This document shows positions 1 through 9,537 of a DNA stretch of 64,000 nucleotides, in pieces. Each line of letters opens with the position of its first letter. The stretch's first letter is position 1. A model generated the notes under the pieces. The model was not told the DNA's origin, did not search any database, and saw only the letters and a program-made list of their open reading frames with translations. Made by a program: the position numbers and the translations under genes. Origin of the DNA: a virus; the IMG/VR virus record IMGVR_UViG_3300025168_000039, positions 32,001 through 96,000 of that record; one strand, written 5' to 3'.

Positions 1-1287
1 GTAGGAGCATTAGGTAAGGCTGTTCTGTTTGGTCAGAACCTTTTCAGTTCTGGTGGTAAATACGTTACAATTTGCGAAGGCGAGTTGGATGCCTTGTCTG
101 CATTTGAAATGCTTGGAAGCAAATGGCCTGTGTTGTCTATCAAGAATGGTGTTCATTCTGCATTCAAAGATTGTAAGGCTAACTTAGAATACCTTTCAAA
201 GTTTGATAATGTAGTCTTGTGTTTTGATGCGGATGACAAGGGAAAGAACGCATCACAACAAGTAGCCACACTGTTCGAGCCAAACACTTGCCGCATTGTT
301 AACATGACTGATGGTAAGGATGCGTCCGAATACCTACAGGGTGGCAAGCGTGAACAGTTTTCCCAAGCATGGTGGAACGCCAAAGTCTACACCCCCGCCG
401 GTATCCTTAATCTGGCTGACATGGGTGATGGCCTGTACGATGAAGGTGAGTACAAGACTTGTCTGTATCCATTCGAGGGTTTGAATGAGAAGCTGTATGG
501 TATTCGTACAGGTGAGCTAGTAACATTCACGGCGGGTACAGGTACTGGTAAGTCCAGTGTCATGCGTGAACTTATGCATCATGTACTGAACAACACAGAA
601 GAAAACATTGGCGTGATATCTTTGGAAGAGAATGTCAGGTCCACCATCTTCCACCTCATGTCAGTCGAGGCGAACGCTAGGCTGTACATTCGAGAGGTGC
701 GTGACCAGTTTAGCATGAGTGACTTACGCACTTGGCAGGACGCAACGGTAGGCACTCGTAGATTCTTTGCCTTCGATCACTTTGGAAGCATGAAGACTGA
801 TGAGATACTATCCCGTGTACGTTACATGGTGAAAGCGTTAGACTGTAAGTGGATATTCTTGGATCACTTATCAATCCTGGTGTCTGGTCTGGAAGGTGAT
901 GATGAACGTAGGAACATTGATAATCTGATGACCAAGCTAAGATCGATTGTCGAGGAGACAAACGTAGCAATGCTTCTTGTCTCCCACCTACGCCGCGCAC
1001 AAGGCGACAACGGCCATGAGAATGGTAGAGAGGTTAGCTTGTCACACCTTAGAGGTAGCCAGAGCATAGCGCAGCTTAGTGATGCAGTGGTGGCTATGGA
1101 GCGTGACCAACAGTCTGATGATCCTAACATAGCCAACACAACAACCATCAGAGTATTGAAGAACAGGTATGCGGGAGATACAGGTGTAGCTTCTCACTTA
1201 TTCTTTAACAAAGATACGGGAAGGTTGACAGAGGTACACAATCTAGGTGATGATCCAGAAGGAGATAGTTCAGATAAAGAACTTTAA
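1..1287 (+). CDS. T7 gp4-like primase-helicase, 5'-truncated (outer phage)
   Basis: Frame is open from base 1; TOPRIM motifs (ICEGELDA, CFDAD), Walker A AGTGTGKS, IFLDHL, LRGSQSIAQLSD, VLKNRY; paralog of 3083-4744. Confidence 0.95.
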   Translation, partial: VGALGKAVLFGQNLFSSGGKYVTICEGELDALSAFEMLGSKWPVLSIKNGVHSAFKDCKANLEYLSKFDNVVLCFDADDKGKNASQQVATLFEPNTCRIVNMTDGKDASEYLQGGKREQFSQAWWNAKVYTPAGILNLADMGDGLYDEGEYKTCLYPFEGLNEKLYGIRTGELVTFTAGTGTGKSSVMRELMHHVLNNTEENIGVISLEENVRSTIFHLMSVEANARLYIREVRDQFSMSDLRTWQDATVGTRRFFAFDHFGSMKTDEILSRVRYMVKALDCKWIFLDHLSILVSGLEGDDERRNIDNLMTKLRSIVEETNVAMLLVSHLRRAQGDNGHENGREVSLSHLRGSQSIAQLSDAVVAMERDQQSDDPNIANTTTIRVLKNRYAGDTGVASHLFFNKDTGRLTEVHNLGDDPEGDSSDKEL

Positions 1288-1305
1288 CTACATGGTGGAG
1301 TGACT

Positions 1306-1356
1306 ATGAAAAAAATAATTCATGTAAACATGCATGTCATTCGTAAAAATAAAAAG
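1306..1356 (+). pseudogene. N-terminal half of a small outer-phage gene split by the insertion (MKKIIHVNMHVIRKNKK)
   Basis: GGAG RBS then ATG at 1306; joins in frame to GERNPTITVKTY... at 56572 when 1357-56571 is removed. Confidence 0.8.
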
Positions 1357-1847
1357 AAAAGAGATGCGAAATGCAGGGAGCATTATTGTGTTTCCTTCTT
1401 TTATGTGGCATCAAATAACTCCAGTTAAGTACGGCGACAGATATTCTATTGTCTGTTGGTACAAAGGACCACAATTTATGTGAGGGATTATGTTACAGTC
1501 ATTAAAAAATATTACTAAGGATATTAAATTAAAAGAAAAAGAGTTAAGTGGACGACCTGTTGGGATATTCTTATCATCAGCAAAGAGTTCGGAGCTATTT
1601 AACGAACTAAATAAAATAGATGAGCGGTTAGAACAGGACTTAATCTATTATAGAAAAACAATTATAGATATATTAGATGATGTTAATTCTATTAAGTTTT
1701 TAAATTTAAATCAGGAACGGTCCTTAAATAAAGTAGCAACACAATTAAATGTTTTGTTTGACGAAATAACTGCATCGCAGGATTCATAAAATGGATGACT
1801 TAGATATTTTAAAAAGAAATGTACTTGAGTTGAATACACAATTATTT
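1357..1847 (+). repeat. Left copy of 491-bp direct repeat
   Basis: Matches 56081-56571 except A1727 vs C56451. Confidence 0.97.
1490..1789 (+). CDS. Hypothetical protein (inside repeat; duplicate at 56214-56513)
   Basis: 99-aa ORF with GAGGG RBS. Confidence 0.7.
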   Translation: MLQSLKNITKDIKLKEKELSGRPVGIFLSSAKSSELFNELNKIDERLEQDLIYYRKTIIDILDDVNSIKFLNLNQERSLNKVATQLNVLFDEITASQDS

Positions 1848-1976
1848 AATGCTAATATTAGAATTAAAGAGTTAGTAGAAGAGAATAATTATTGTAGATT
1901 AAAATTAGAAGTTACAGAAGATAGTTTAGAAAAACTATCACAACAAGCCTTGGGCTACCGACAAAAATTTAAATGA
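1791..1976 (+). CDS. Small coiled-coil hypothetical protein
   Basis: Heptad-like Leu pattern; tightly packed in the operon. Confidence 0.65.
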   Translation: MDDLDILKRNVLELNTQLFNANIRIKELVEENNYCRLKLEVTEDSLEKLSQQALGYRQKFK

Positions 1977-1983
1977 GATAGAC

Positions 1984-2166
1984 ATGTCTAAAAATTTATG
2001 GGAATCAGACTACAAAAATATTTTTAAGAAACTTACAAGAGAGTATCAACGAGAAGGATATTCTTTAAGAGAGGCTAGAAGCTTATCTAAAAGAGAAGCA
2101 GACGAATTGATGGCTGATAGAAAATATTTTGTTGATAACTTATTAGATAATGCAGAGGACCAATGA
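1984..2166 (+). CDS. Hypothetical protein
   Basis: 60-aa ORF overlapping the thyX start (ATGA). Confidence 0.65.
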   Translation: MSKNLWESDYKNIFKKLTREYQREGYSLREARSLSKREADELMADRKYFVDNLLDNAEDQ

Positions 2167-2861
2167 GTGTATCTTTAATATCTTATACAAACCCTGCAAA
2201 ATTAGAATTAAATTCTGAGTATTTACCCGCTCATTTAAATTTTCAAAAACTTATAACATTCTGTGCTAGGGTTTCTAACCCTAACAATCAAGATAACTCT
2301 GAGACTGGTGAAAAATTATTAAGTTATTTAATAAAACATCAACACTGGTCACCGTTTGAGATGGTTAATGTTTGTCTTGAGATAGAGACAACAAGAGATA
2401 TCGCACGACAAATACTACGGCATAGATCTTTTTCTTTTCAAGAGTTTAGTCAAAGATATGCTGATCCCGTAAAAGAATTAAACTTTGTAACAAGAGAAGC
2501 AAGGCTTCAAGACCGTACCAATAGGCAAAACTCTGTTGAGGTAGATGATGACCTGCTTAGAATAGAATGGGAATGGGCGCAGAAAAGAGTTCTCTGGGCT
2601 GTGAAAAAAGAGTATGAATGGGCTATTAAAAAAGGTATAGCCAAAGAACAGGCGAGAGCTATCCTGCCGGAAGGCTTAACGATGTCTCGTATGTATATGA
2701 ATGGAACCTTACGATCATGGATACATTACATTCAACTACGCACAGATAAGGCTACTCAAAAAGAACATAGAGAAATAGCGCTTGAATGTTTACAAAAATT
2801 GAGTATAATATTTCCATTGATTAAAACACTAGGAGATAGAGATGAAGCGAAGAACATATAA
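2163..2861 (+). CDS. thyX: Flavin-dependent thymidylate synthase
   Basis: HWSPFEM and RHRSFSFQEFSQRY ThyX motif, AKEQARAILP. Confidence 0.96.
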   Translation: MSVSLISYTNPAKLELNSEYLPAHLNFQKLITFCARVSNPNNQDNSETGEKLLSYLIKHQHWSPFEMVNVCLEIETTRDIARQILRHRSFSFQEFSQRYADPVKELNFVTREARLQDRTNRQNSVEVDDDLLRIEWEWAQKRVLWAVKKEYEWAIKKGIAKEQARAILPEGLTMSRMYMNGTLRSWIHYIQLRTDKATQKEHREIALECLQKLSIIFPLIKTLGDRDEAKNI

Positions 2862-3000
2862 AATATGTTTTGATGGTAAAAAAACAAACATCTCCTTTGA
2901 AAATAGAAAGGAGGCAGAGGCTTTTATCAACGACAGAAAATCACTTCTTGTTGCTTTAAAGGCTGGGCCTAACAGTTATGCAATTGTAAGTACCAGATAA
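2842..3000 (+). CDS. 52-aa hypothetical protein (not in ORF track)
   Basis: AGGAG RBS; MKRRTYKICFDGKK...VSTR. Confidence 0.55.
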   Translation: MKRRTYKICFDGKKTNISFENRKEAEAFINDRKSLLVALKAGPNSYAIVSTR

Positions 3001-3019
3001 GATTTTAAAATTCCAGAAC

Positions 3020-3069
3020 TAATTAAAAAACCTACAGTAAGTTCTTACGAACTGTAGGTTATTTAATTA
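3020..3069 (+). promoter_or_regulatory. Bulged hairpin element (family copy 1) just upstream of the primase RBS
   Basis: TAATTAAA-A-AACCTACA-[GTAA]-GTTC-TTAC-GAAC-TGTAGGTT-A-TTTAATTA. Confidence 0.8.
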
Positions 3070-3082
3070 TAAGGAGAAATAC

Positions 3083-4744
3083 ATGAAGAAAGATGCTAAG
3101 TTTGTAAAGCATGTTAATTGTGATGAGTGCGGATCGTCAGACGGTAATGCCTTGTATGATGATGGTAGTGCTTTTTGCTTTGTTTGTAAAACATATTCAA
3201 AGGATTCTAGTATGCAAGATCAGGAACAAGTTAAACCCTCTAATACTAACCTTAAAGTTTACTCTAAAAACATGACTGAAGATAAAAACTATCAAGATAT
3301 TCCAGACCGCAAACTCACTGCCGCCACTTGTAAAGCCTACGGCATTTCTGTTGTTAAGGATGAAAGTGGAAATATTATTAAACATGTGTATCCTTATTAT
3401 AATACTGATGGTTCTCATGTAGCCAATAAGTTTCGAGTTGTCGCAAACAAAACCTTTCCTACTGAAGGTAACATCGCTAACGCATCTTTGTTCGGACAGA
3501 AAAACTTTCCTGCTAGAGGTAAATACGTTACGATTACCGAGGGAGAGTTGGACGCTGCATCAACATACCAAATGTTTGGTAGTCAGTGGCCTTGTGTTTC
3601 TGTAAGGTCTTCCACTACAGCGCTATCTGATTGTCAAAAGAATATGGATTATCTTAATTCATTTGATACTGTTGTTTTATGTTTTGATAAAGACAAAGCT
3701 GGAAGGGAGGCAGCGAACAAGGTTGCAGCTTTATTCGAGCCTAATAAATGTAGAATTGTAAAGCTTACAACATTTAAAGATGCTTCAGATTATTTGAAGG
3801 CTGGTTGCCGAGAAGAATTTACTAAAGCTTGGTGGAACGCTGAACCCTACACACCCGCTGGCATTATTAATTTAGGTCAGCTAGGAGACTCTCTCTATGA
3901 AGAAGATTTCTGTGAGAGTGTTGCCTATCCTTGGCCTTCTTTAAATGAAAAGACTTTTGGCTGTAGAACTGGAGAGCTTGTGACCTGGACTTCGGGTTCT
4001 GGTATGGGTAAGAGTTCTGTGTTAAGGGAACTTATGCATTATTTTCTACATCATACTAAAGATAATATAGGTATCCTTGCGCTTGAGGAGAACACTAAGA
4101 AGACGGCCTTCAACTTGATGGCAGTGGAAGCTAACCAAAGATTATATATTAAAGAAATTAGAGATCAATTTACCAGAGAACAGATGACTCGTTGGGAGGA
4201 GAAGACTATTGGGACAGGGAGATTTTTCGCTTTTGACCATTTTGGTTCTATATCTAACGATGAGATACTGTCTAGAATCCGGTATATGGCAAAAGCTTTA
4301 GACTGTAAATGGATATTCTTAGATCACTTGTCTATCCTTGTGTCTGGTCAAGAAGATGGGGATGAGAGGAGAGGTATAGATGTTCTGATGACTAAGCTAA
4401 GAAGCTTGGTTGAGGAGACAGGTATATCTTTAAACCTTGTGTCTCACCTACGTCGAGCAAACTCTTCAAAGTCCCACGAAGAAGGTGGAGAGGTTAGCCT
4501 TGCCCATCTTAGGGGTAGCCATAGCATAGCTCAATTATCAGACATGGTATACGCCTTGGAAAGAAATCAACAAGAGACAGATGAGACTCTTGCTAATACA
4601 ACACTTGTTAGGGTTCTTAAAAATAGATATAGTGGTGAGGTAGGTCCATCAACATATCTTTTCTATGATAAAGAGACAGGACGTTTAACCGAGATATCCA
4701 ATCCATTCGAAGTTAGAGAAGAAGAAGAAGGAGAAGCATTTTGA
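3083..4744 (+). CDS. T7 gp4-like DNA primase-helicase
   Basis: N-terminal Zn ribbon CDECGSSD...CFVC, TEGELDA, Walker A SGSGMGKS, LDHL, LRGS, KNRY. Confidence 0.96.
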   Translation: MKKDAKFVKHVNCDECGSSDGNALYDDGSAFCFVCKTYSKDSSMQDQEQVKPSNTNLKVYSKNMTEDKNYQDIPDRKLTAATCKAYGISVVKDESGNIIKHVYPYYNTDGSHVANKFRVVANKTFPTEGNIANASLFGQKNFPARGKYVTITEGELDAASTYQMFGSQWPCVSVRSSTTALSDCQKNMDYLNSFDTVVLCFDKDKAGREAANKVAALFEPNKCRIVKLTTFKDASDYLKAGCREEFTKAWWNAEPYTPAGIINLGQLGDSLYEEDFCESVAYPWPSLNEKTFGCRTGELVTWTSGSGMGKSSVLRELMHYFLHHTKDNIGILALEENTKKTAFNLMAVEANQRLYIKEIRDQFTREQMTRWEEKTIGTGRFFAFDHFGSISNDEILSRIRYMAKALDCKWIFLDHLSILVSGQEDGDERRGIDVLMTKLRSLVEETGISLNLVSHLRRANSSKSHEEGGEVSLAHLRGSHSIAQLSDMVYALERNQQETDETLANTTLVRVLKNRYSGEVGPSTYLFYDKETGRLTEISNPFEVREEEEGEAF

Positions 4745-5220
4745 CTTATCGAGTAAATAGGATTAGTCCCATAGCCAGTGTCAGAAAAAGGTTTAGTCAA
4801 GATTTATATAATGAAACTAATAATAAAGGTATCAAAAAGGGAGTAGCATATCTAAAGTCAGAAGGTCATAAGATTTTAGATAAGACAGAAACTTATGGGC
4901 CTGATATTGTTAGTGAGAAAGCTGGTAAGCTGTACTATACAGAAGTAGAAACAAAGCTTGTATGGTCTGGAGATTGGCCTGAGTCTTGGGAAGATGTACG
5001 TCTTCCTGAAAGAAAGAAGAGGTTGATTGCATTGGCAAAAAATAATGAGGCATCACTAAGCTTTATTATTTTTAATAAGGAATATAAACAAGCTTGGAAA
5101 ATTTCTTCTGATGTAGTAGACTCTTCTCCTTTAGAGGAGATATCAAACAAGTATGTTAGCAAGGGAGAATACTTCTTTGTCATTCCTTTAAAGAAAGCAA
5201 AGCTTTTAAAAATTAAATAA
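4741..5220 (+). CDS. Putative PD-(D/E)xK nuclease-like protein
   Basis: PD...EVETK arrangement; TTG start overlapping the primase stop. Confidence 0.5.
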   Translation: MTYRVNRISPIASVRKRFSQDLYNETNNKGIKKGVAYLKSEGHKILDKTETYGPDIVSEKAGKLYYTEVETKLVWSGDWPESWEDVRLPERKKRLIALAKNNEASLSFIIFNKEYKQAWKISSDVVDSSPLEEISNKYVSKGEYFFVIPLKKAKLLKIK

Positions 5221-5250
5221 GGATTTCACTTACGGAGGTTAGGTATAGTT

Positions 5251-6912
5251 ATGAGTGTAGTTCTTGACATAGAAACAGATGCTATTGATGCAACAAAAAT
5301 TCATTGTATTGTTGCTTATGATATTGAAAGTAAAAAGCCATATACCTTTGTAGGAGATGAGTGTTACATTAAGTTTCCTAATTTTGCTAAAAGTGTGTCG
5401 CAATTTGTGATGCATAATGGTATATCTTTTGATGCTCCTGTACTTAACAGGCTTACCGGAACTGACATTCAATATGATAGGATCATAGACACAATGATCT
5501 TATCACAACTTTATAATCCAATAATAGATAACGGTCATAGCTTAAAATCTTGGGGCGTTAGATTAGGAATCCATAAAGGTGAGGTTGAAAGCTTCAGTAA
5601 TTTCTCTGAAGATATGCTGGACTATTGTAAACAAGATGTTAATGTAACATACTCTTTATATAAATATTTTAAACAACAACAAAATATATTCTCTGCTAGA
5701 TCAATTCAACTTGAGCATAAGATAAAAAGTATTATTGATGAGCAGGAGCGTAATGGGTTTTATTTAGACTTACAAAAGTCTACTACGTTTGTGTCCTCTG
5801 TTGAAGATAAGATGGACACCATTGAGAATGAATTACAAAATATATTTCCACCCCATGTCATCTCTGGCAGAACACATAAAAGATCAGGCAAACCTCTTGC
5901 TGATATTGTAACTCCATTTAATCCTGCATCTCGAAAGCAAATAGCAGATAGATTACAAGGGCTTGGATGGAAGCCAGAAAAGAAAACAGACAAAGGAAAT
6001 ATAATTGTAGATGAGGCAGTCTTAGAGACAATTGATTTGCCAGAGGCAAAGAAAATATCTGAATACCTTTTGTTAGGTAAGAGATACTCTCAAGTTAAAT
6101 CTTGGATCGAAGCTTCTGATTCTTCAAGTAGAGTTCATGGGAGAGTTCTAACTCTCAGGACTGTTACAGGTAGGATGGCTCACACCTCTCCAAACATGGC
6201 TCAAGTTCCCGCTGTTTATTCTCCTATGGGGAAGGAGTGTCGAGGAATGTGGGGCGTATCTGATCCTGATAATTATTCCCTAATAGGTACAGACGCATCA
6301 GGTCTAGAGCTTAGAGGTCTAGCACATATGATGGATGATCCTATCTTTATTAAAGAAATATTAGAAGGTGATGTACATACAGCCAACCAGAAGATGGCCG
6401 GTCTTGATAATAGAGATCAGGCGAAAACATTTATCTATGCATTAATGTATGGAGCAGGTGCTGCAAAGATTGGTAAAATTGTAGGTGGCACCGCAAGAGA
6501 GGGAGAGGAATTAATATCTAAGTTTATGAAAAATATGCCTAAGTTTTCCTCTCTTAAAAATAATTTAAATCAAACTGTAGAAAAGAATGGAGTCATACCT
6601 GGACTAGATGGTAGAACCCTACAGGTTCGATCTCCTCATGCTGCTTTAAATACTTTAATACAGGGAGCTGGTGCTGTTATATGTAAGCAGTGGCTTGTTC
6701 AGATTAATGAGGCATACAAAAGAAAAGGACTAGATGTAAAACTTGTAGCTAGTATTCACGATGAGTACCAATTTGAGGTACACAATAAAGACTGTGAAGA
6801 GTTCGGTAAGATAACTAAAACTGCAATAAAGGAGGTAGAAGAAATATATTCGTTTAGATGTCCATTAGATTCCGAATATAAAGTTGGAAAAAACTGGGCT
6901 GATACACATTAA
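5251..6912 (+). CDS. polA: T7-like family A DNA polymerase (Tyr762 type)
   Basis: ExoI DIETD, HNGISFD, DASGLELR (motif A), AKTFIYALMYG (motif B), IHDEYQ (motif C). Confidence 0.96.
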   Translation: MSVVLDIETDAIDATKIHCIVAYDIESKKPYTFVGDECYIKFPNFAKSVSQFVMHNGISFDAPVLNRLTGTDIQYDRIIDTMILSQLYNPIIDNGHSLKSWGVRLGIHKGEVESFSNFSEDMLDYCKQDVNVTYSLYKYFKQQQNIFSARSIQLEHKIKSIIDEQERNGFYLDLQKSTTFVSSVEDKMDTIENELQNIFPPHVISGRTHKRSGKPLADIVTPFNPASRKQIADRLQGLGWKPEKKTDKGNIIVDEAVLETIDLPEAKKISEYLLLGKRYSQVKSWIEASDSSSRVHGRVLTLRTVTGRMAHTSPNMAQVPAVYSPMGKECRGMWGVSDPDNYSLIGTDASGLELRGLAHMMDDPIFIKEILEGDVHTANQKMAGLDNRDQAKTFIYALMYGAGAAKIGKIVGGTAREGEELISKFMKNMPKFSSLKNNLNQTVEKNGVIPGLDGRTLQVRSPHAALNTLIQGAGAVICKQWLVQINEAYKRKGLDVKLVASIHDEYQFEVHNKDCEEFGKITKTAIKEVEEIYSFRCPLDSEYKVGKNWADTH

Positions 6913-6916
6913 ATTG

Positions 6917-6945
6917 TTGACACATATTTTTATGTGGAGTAAAGT
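6917..6945 (+). promoter_or_regulatory. Sigma70-like promoter
   Basis: TTGACA-17 bp-TAAAGT. Confidence 0.65.
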
Positions 6946-6978
6946 GTGTAATCTTTTTAACTTAAAGGAGAAAATTCT

Positions 6979-7188
6979 ATGAAGGACTGTCAGAAAAAAA
7001 CCCTAACCGCTTTGAAGAAACGTATGCGAGTAACTCGTAAGACGGCTATTCAACATGGCTGGTGTGAGAACCTGACTGCTACTATCTCTGACCTACGAGA
7101 TCGAGGTCATAACATTGAGACTATCAAAGCTAAAACTGATGATGGCTCTCACTATACCCGCTATCGCCTCCTTCAGGCGGCAGCTTAA
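6979..7188 (+). CDS. Small winged-HTH DNA-binding protein
   Basis: NLTATISDLRDRGHNIET...RYRL pattern; AAGGAG RBS. Confidence 0.7.
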   Translation: MKDCQKKTLTALKKRMRVTRKTAIQHGWCENLTATISDLRDRGHNIETIKAKTDDGSHYTRYRLLQAAA

Positions 7189-7228
7189 ATTAAAATTATA
7201 TTAACGTACATTAAGGAGAAATTAAATT

Positions 7229-7735
7229 ATGGCTACCGAAAAAACAGAAGCACAAAGCGCTGACAATTATATGTATGCAACAGGTGTTGCGTATTGGACT
7301 TCTATTGTCGCACCTAATACTAAGTTCGAAGAAAGTGGTGTGTGGGAATGTACTCTTGCACAACTAGAGGGAGAAGCTAAAGCTATCTTTGAAGAGTCCG
7401 GTCTTGAGATTAAAAATGTCGGAGATGAAAAAGGAGACTTTGTTAAGTTAAAAAGAAAAGTGATGCGTAAGGATGGGGTTCTTAATCAAAGACCTTCAGT
7501 GGTCGATTCTCAAAATTCGCCTATGGATGATACCTACATAGGGAATGGATCACTGGTTACAGTTAAGTTCCGGCCTTATGATTGGGCGTGGGGTAATCGA
7601 AAGGGTCGAGGTGGTGATCTCTGTGCTATCCAAGTAGTTGATTTGGTTGAGTACAAACCACAGATTGATTCTTTTGATACCATTAAAGGAGGTTATGTTG
7701 CACCTGCCTCCGATGATGTACCGTTTCCTGCGTAA
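7229..7735 (+). CDS. ssDNA-binding protein (T7 gp2.5-like)
   Basis: IGNGSLV and IQVVDLVEY motifs, acidic/aromatic C-terminal tail; position in replication block. Confidence 0.85.
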   Translation: MATEKTEAQSADNYMYATGVAYWTSIVAPNTKFEESGVWECTLAQLEGEAKAIFEESGLEIKNVGDEKGDFVKLKRKVMRKDGVLNQRPSVVDSQNSPMDDTYIGNGSLVTVKFRPYDWAWGNRKGRGGDLCAIQVVDLVEYKPQIDSFDTIKGGYVAPASDDVPFPA

Positions 7736-7743
7736 CCAAAAGG

Positions 7744-7781
7744 AGTGGGAGGGGGAGAGTAAAATCTCCTTCTCCCTACTT
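7744..7781 (+). terminator. GC-rich hairpin after SSB (terminator or attenuator)
   Basis: GGGAGGGGGAGA-GTAAAA-TCTCCTTCTCCC followed by a short T run. Confidence 0.5.
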
Positions 7782-7786
7782 TCATT

Positions 7787-8647
7787 ATGAAAAAATTATC
7801 CTCGCTTATTAAAGATATCTATACTGTTTTACAAGATGGAAAAGGTTCACCCCGATCTGATCAAGACCTTCAAGAATTTGCAGAGGAAGCAGGTAAGAAT
7901 ATTGCAGGTCATCTCGTTAATGCAATTAAGGAAGATCGATCTAATCGAAAACCATATCTAAGAATTTCTAATATAGGTAAACCTTTACGACAACTCTGGT
8001 ATGATTTAAAAGACTCACCGAGAGTTGATGAGATGAAACCTCACGATCAAATCAGATTTTTATATGGTCATATTTTAGAAGATATAGTTTTATTTTTATG
8101 CTATGCTTCCGGCCATGAGGTAACTGAACAACAGAAAGAAGTTATTGTTGAGGGTGTTGTAGGACATAAAGATTGTCGTATTGATGGTGTTACCATTGAT
8201 GTAAAGAGTGCGTCACCGTATGGGTTTAAAAAGTTTAAAGAAAAAACTCTATATGATGACGATCCCTTTGGATATATAAGCCAGCTATCTGGTTATCTCA
8301 AAGGAGAGGGAGATACGAATGGTGGATTCCTTGCGATAGACAAATCGTCAGGAGAGTTAGCACTGCTTGAAGTGCATCCAATGGAGTTACATGATGTTAA
8401 AACAAAAATCGAAACTATCAAAAGTTATCTTAAAGAAGATAAGAAGCCTCCTAGATGCTATGATGATGTTCCTTATGGCAAGTCTGGCAATCGTCAGCTT
8501 TGTACCGCTTGCCGCTTTTGCGCTTTTAAATATTCTTGTTGGGAAGATTGTAATGCCGGTGTTGGGATTCGTAAATTTAATTATAATAACGGTATCGCCT
8601 ATCTTACAGAAGTTCAACTTGAGCCGAAAGTCGAGGAGTTGAAATGA
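7787..8647 (+). CDS. PD-(D/E)xK (Cas4/RecB-like) exonuclease
   Basis: GHKD...IDVKSAS, YISQLSGY, C-terminal CxxCxxxxxC. Confidence 0.85.
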   Translation: MKKLSSLIKDIYTVLQDGKGSPRSDQDLQEFAEEAGKNIAGHLVNAIKEDRSNRKPYLRISNIGKPLRQLWYDLKDSPRVDEMKPHDQIRFLYGHILEDIVLFLCYASGHEVTEQQKEVIVEGVVGHKDCRIDGVTIDVKSASPYGFKKFKEKTLYDDDPFGYISQLSGYLKGEGDTNGGFLAIDKSSGELALLEVHPMELHDVKTKIETIKSYLKEDKKPPRCYDDVPYGKSGNRQLCTACRFCAFKYSCWEDCNAGVGIRKFNYNNGIAYLTEVQLEPKVEELK

Positions 8648-8973
8648 AAACCCAAAGCGCTAAAGCTAAAGGAAGACGTTTACAACAATGGGTTAGAGAT
8701 CAGTTAATAAAAGTTTTAGATATATCAGACGAAGATATAGAGAGTAGGAGTATGGGGGCTGGAGGAGAAGATTTGATCATGGCGAAAGCTGCTCGACAGA
8801 AGTTTCCTTACTCTATTGAATGTAAGAATCAAGAAAAACTAAACATATGGAAATCGTATGAACAGTCAGAAGATAACTCTGGTAAGAATGAACCCCTATT
8901 AATTATAAAGAAGAACAATAAAAATCCATTGGCTATAGTAGATGCAAGATATTTTTTTAAATTACACGGATGA
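8644..8973 (+). CDS. Holliday junction resolvase-like nuclease (Hjc-type)
   Basis: SAKAKGRRLQ...GEDL...SIECKNQE. Confidence 0.75.
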   Translation: MKTQSAKAKGRRLQQWVRDQLIKVLDISDEDIESRSMGAGGEDLIMAKAARQKFPYSIECKNQEKLNIWKSYEQSEDNSGKNEPLLIIKKNNKNPLAIVDARYFFKLHG

Positions 8974-9280
8974 AGAGTTCGAGGATATTTTAGATGATCG
9001 GTTAATAGATAAATCTAAAGACCCACACACCGCATTGTTTAATGGTGTGATCGTTCAAGCATTGATAGATGTTTGTAATGATAAATCTTCTAAAGAAAAA
9101 GAGGAGGCCACTGTTTGGTTCTTCTCTTCTGTTGTTTCAGTTATTGATAATTTTGAAACGGTATGTGACCTTGCAAGTGTAAATCCTGTAAGGGTGCGAA
9201 GCTTTGCAATTAGAATTTTAGAGAGTGAAAACAAAAGTAAACTTAGAAAGCACATGAGTTTTCTTTTACATGATAATTAG
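8942..9280 (+). CDS. Conserved hypothetical protein (paralog of 63233-63577)
   Basis: Shared LF..VI.QA..D...WFF...F.TVCD.A.V.P..VRSFA pattern. Confidence 0.75.
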   Translation: MQDIFLNYTDEEFEDILDDRLIDKSKDPHTALFNGVIVQALIDVCNDKSSKEKEEATVWFFSSVVSVIDNFETVCDLASVNPVRVRSFAIRILESENKSKLRKHMSFLLHDN

Positions 9281-9290
9281 GAGGTGCCAA

Positions 9291-9536
9291 ATGAATAAGC
9301 TTCAAGATACGATTGATAAAAGTCTTCAAACTCAAATAGGAGGAGATCACTATAGCCACTGTATGATACAACCGGCAGAGTATATCTCTGCTAATAACCT
9401 TAGTTTTTTTGAAGGAAATATTGTTAAGTATATAACAAGACATAAAAGTAAGGGTCGAGCAGAAGATATTAAAAAGATTATTCAGTATGCTGAAATGATT
9501 TTAGAGTTTGAATATTCCAGAGAGAAAAGGGACTAG
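9291..9536 (+). CDS. DUF3310 / SaV-like protein
   Basis: QIGGDHY...IQP...FFEGNIVKYITR...EDIKK; AGGAGG RBS before ATG 9291. Confidence 0.85.
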   Translation: MNKLQDTIDKSLQTQIGGDHYSHCMIQPAEYISANNLSFFEGNIVKYITRHKSKGRAEDIKKIIQYAEMILEFEYSREKRD

Positions 9537-9537
9537 C

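Noticed and set aside
1357-1847. attL/attR prophage boundaries or LTRs
   Set aside because: No integrase or reverse transcriptase; the repeat is made of inner-phage coding sequence and removing one unit does not restore the outer gene.
7787-8647. Cas4 of a CRISPR system
   Set aside because: No array or other cas genes; it occupies the standard exonuclease slot in both phages.
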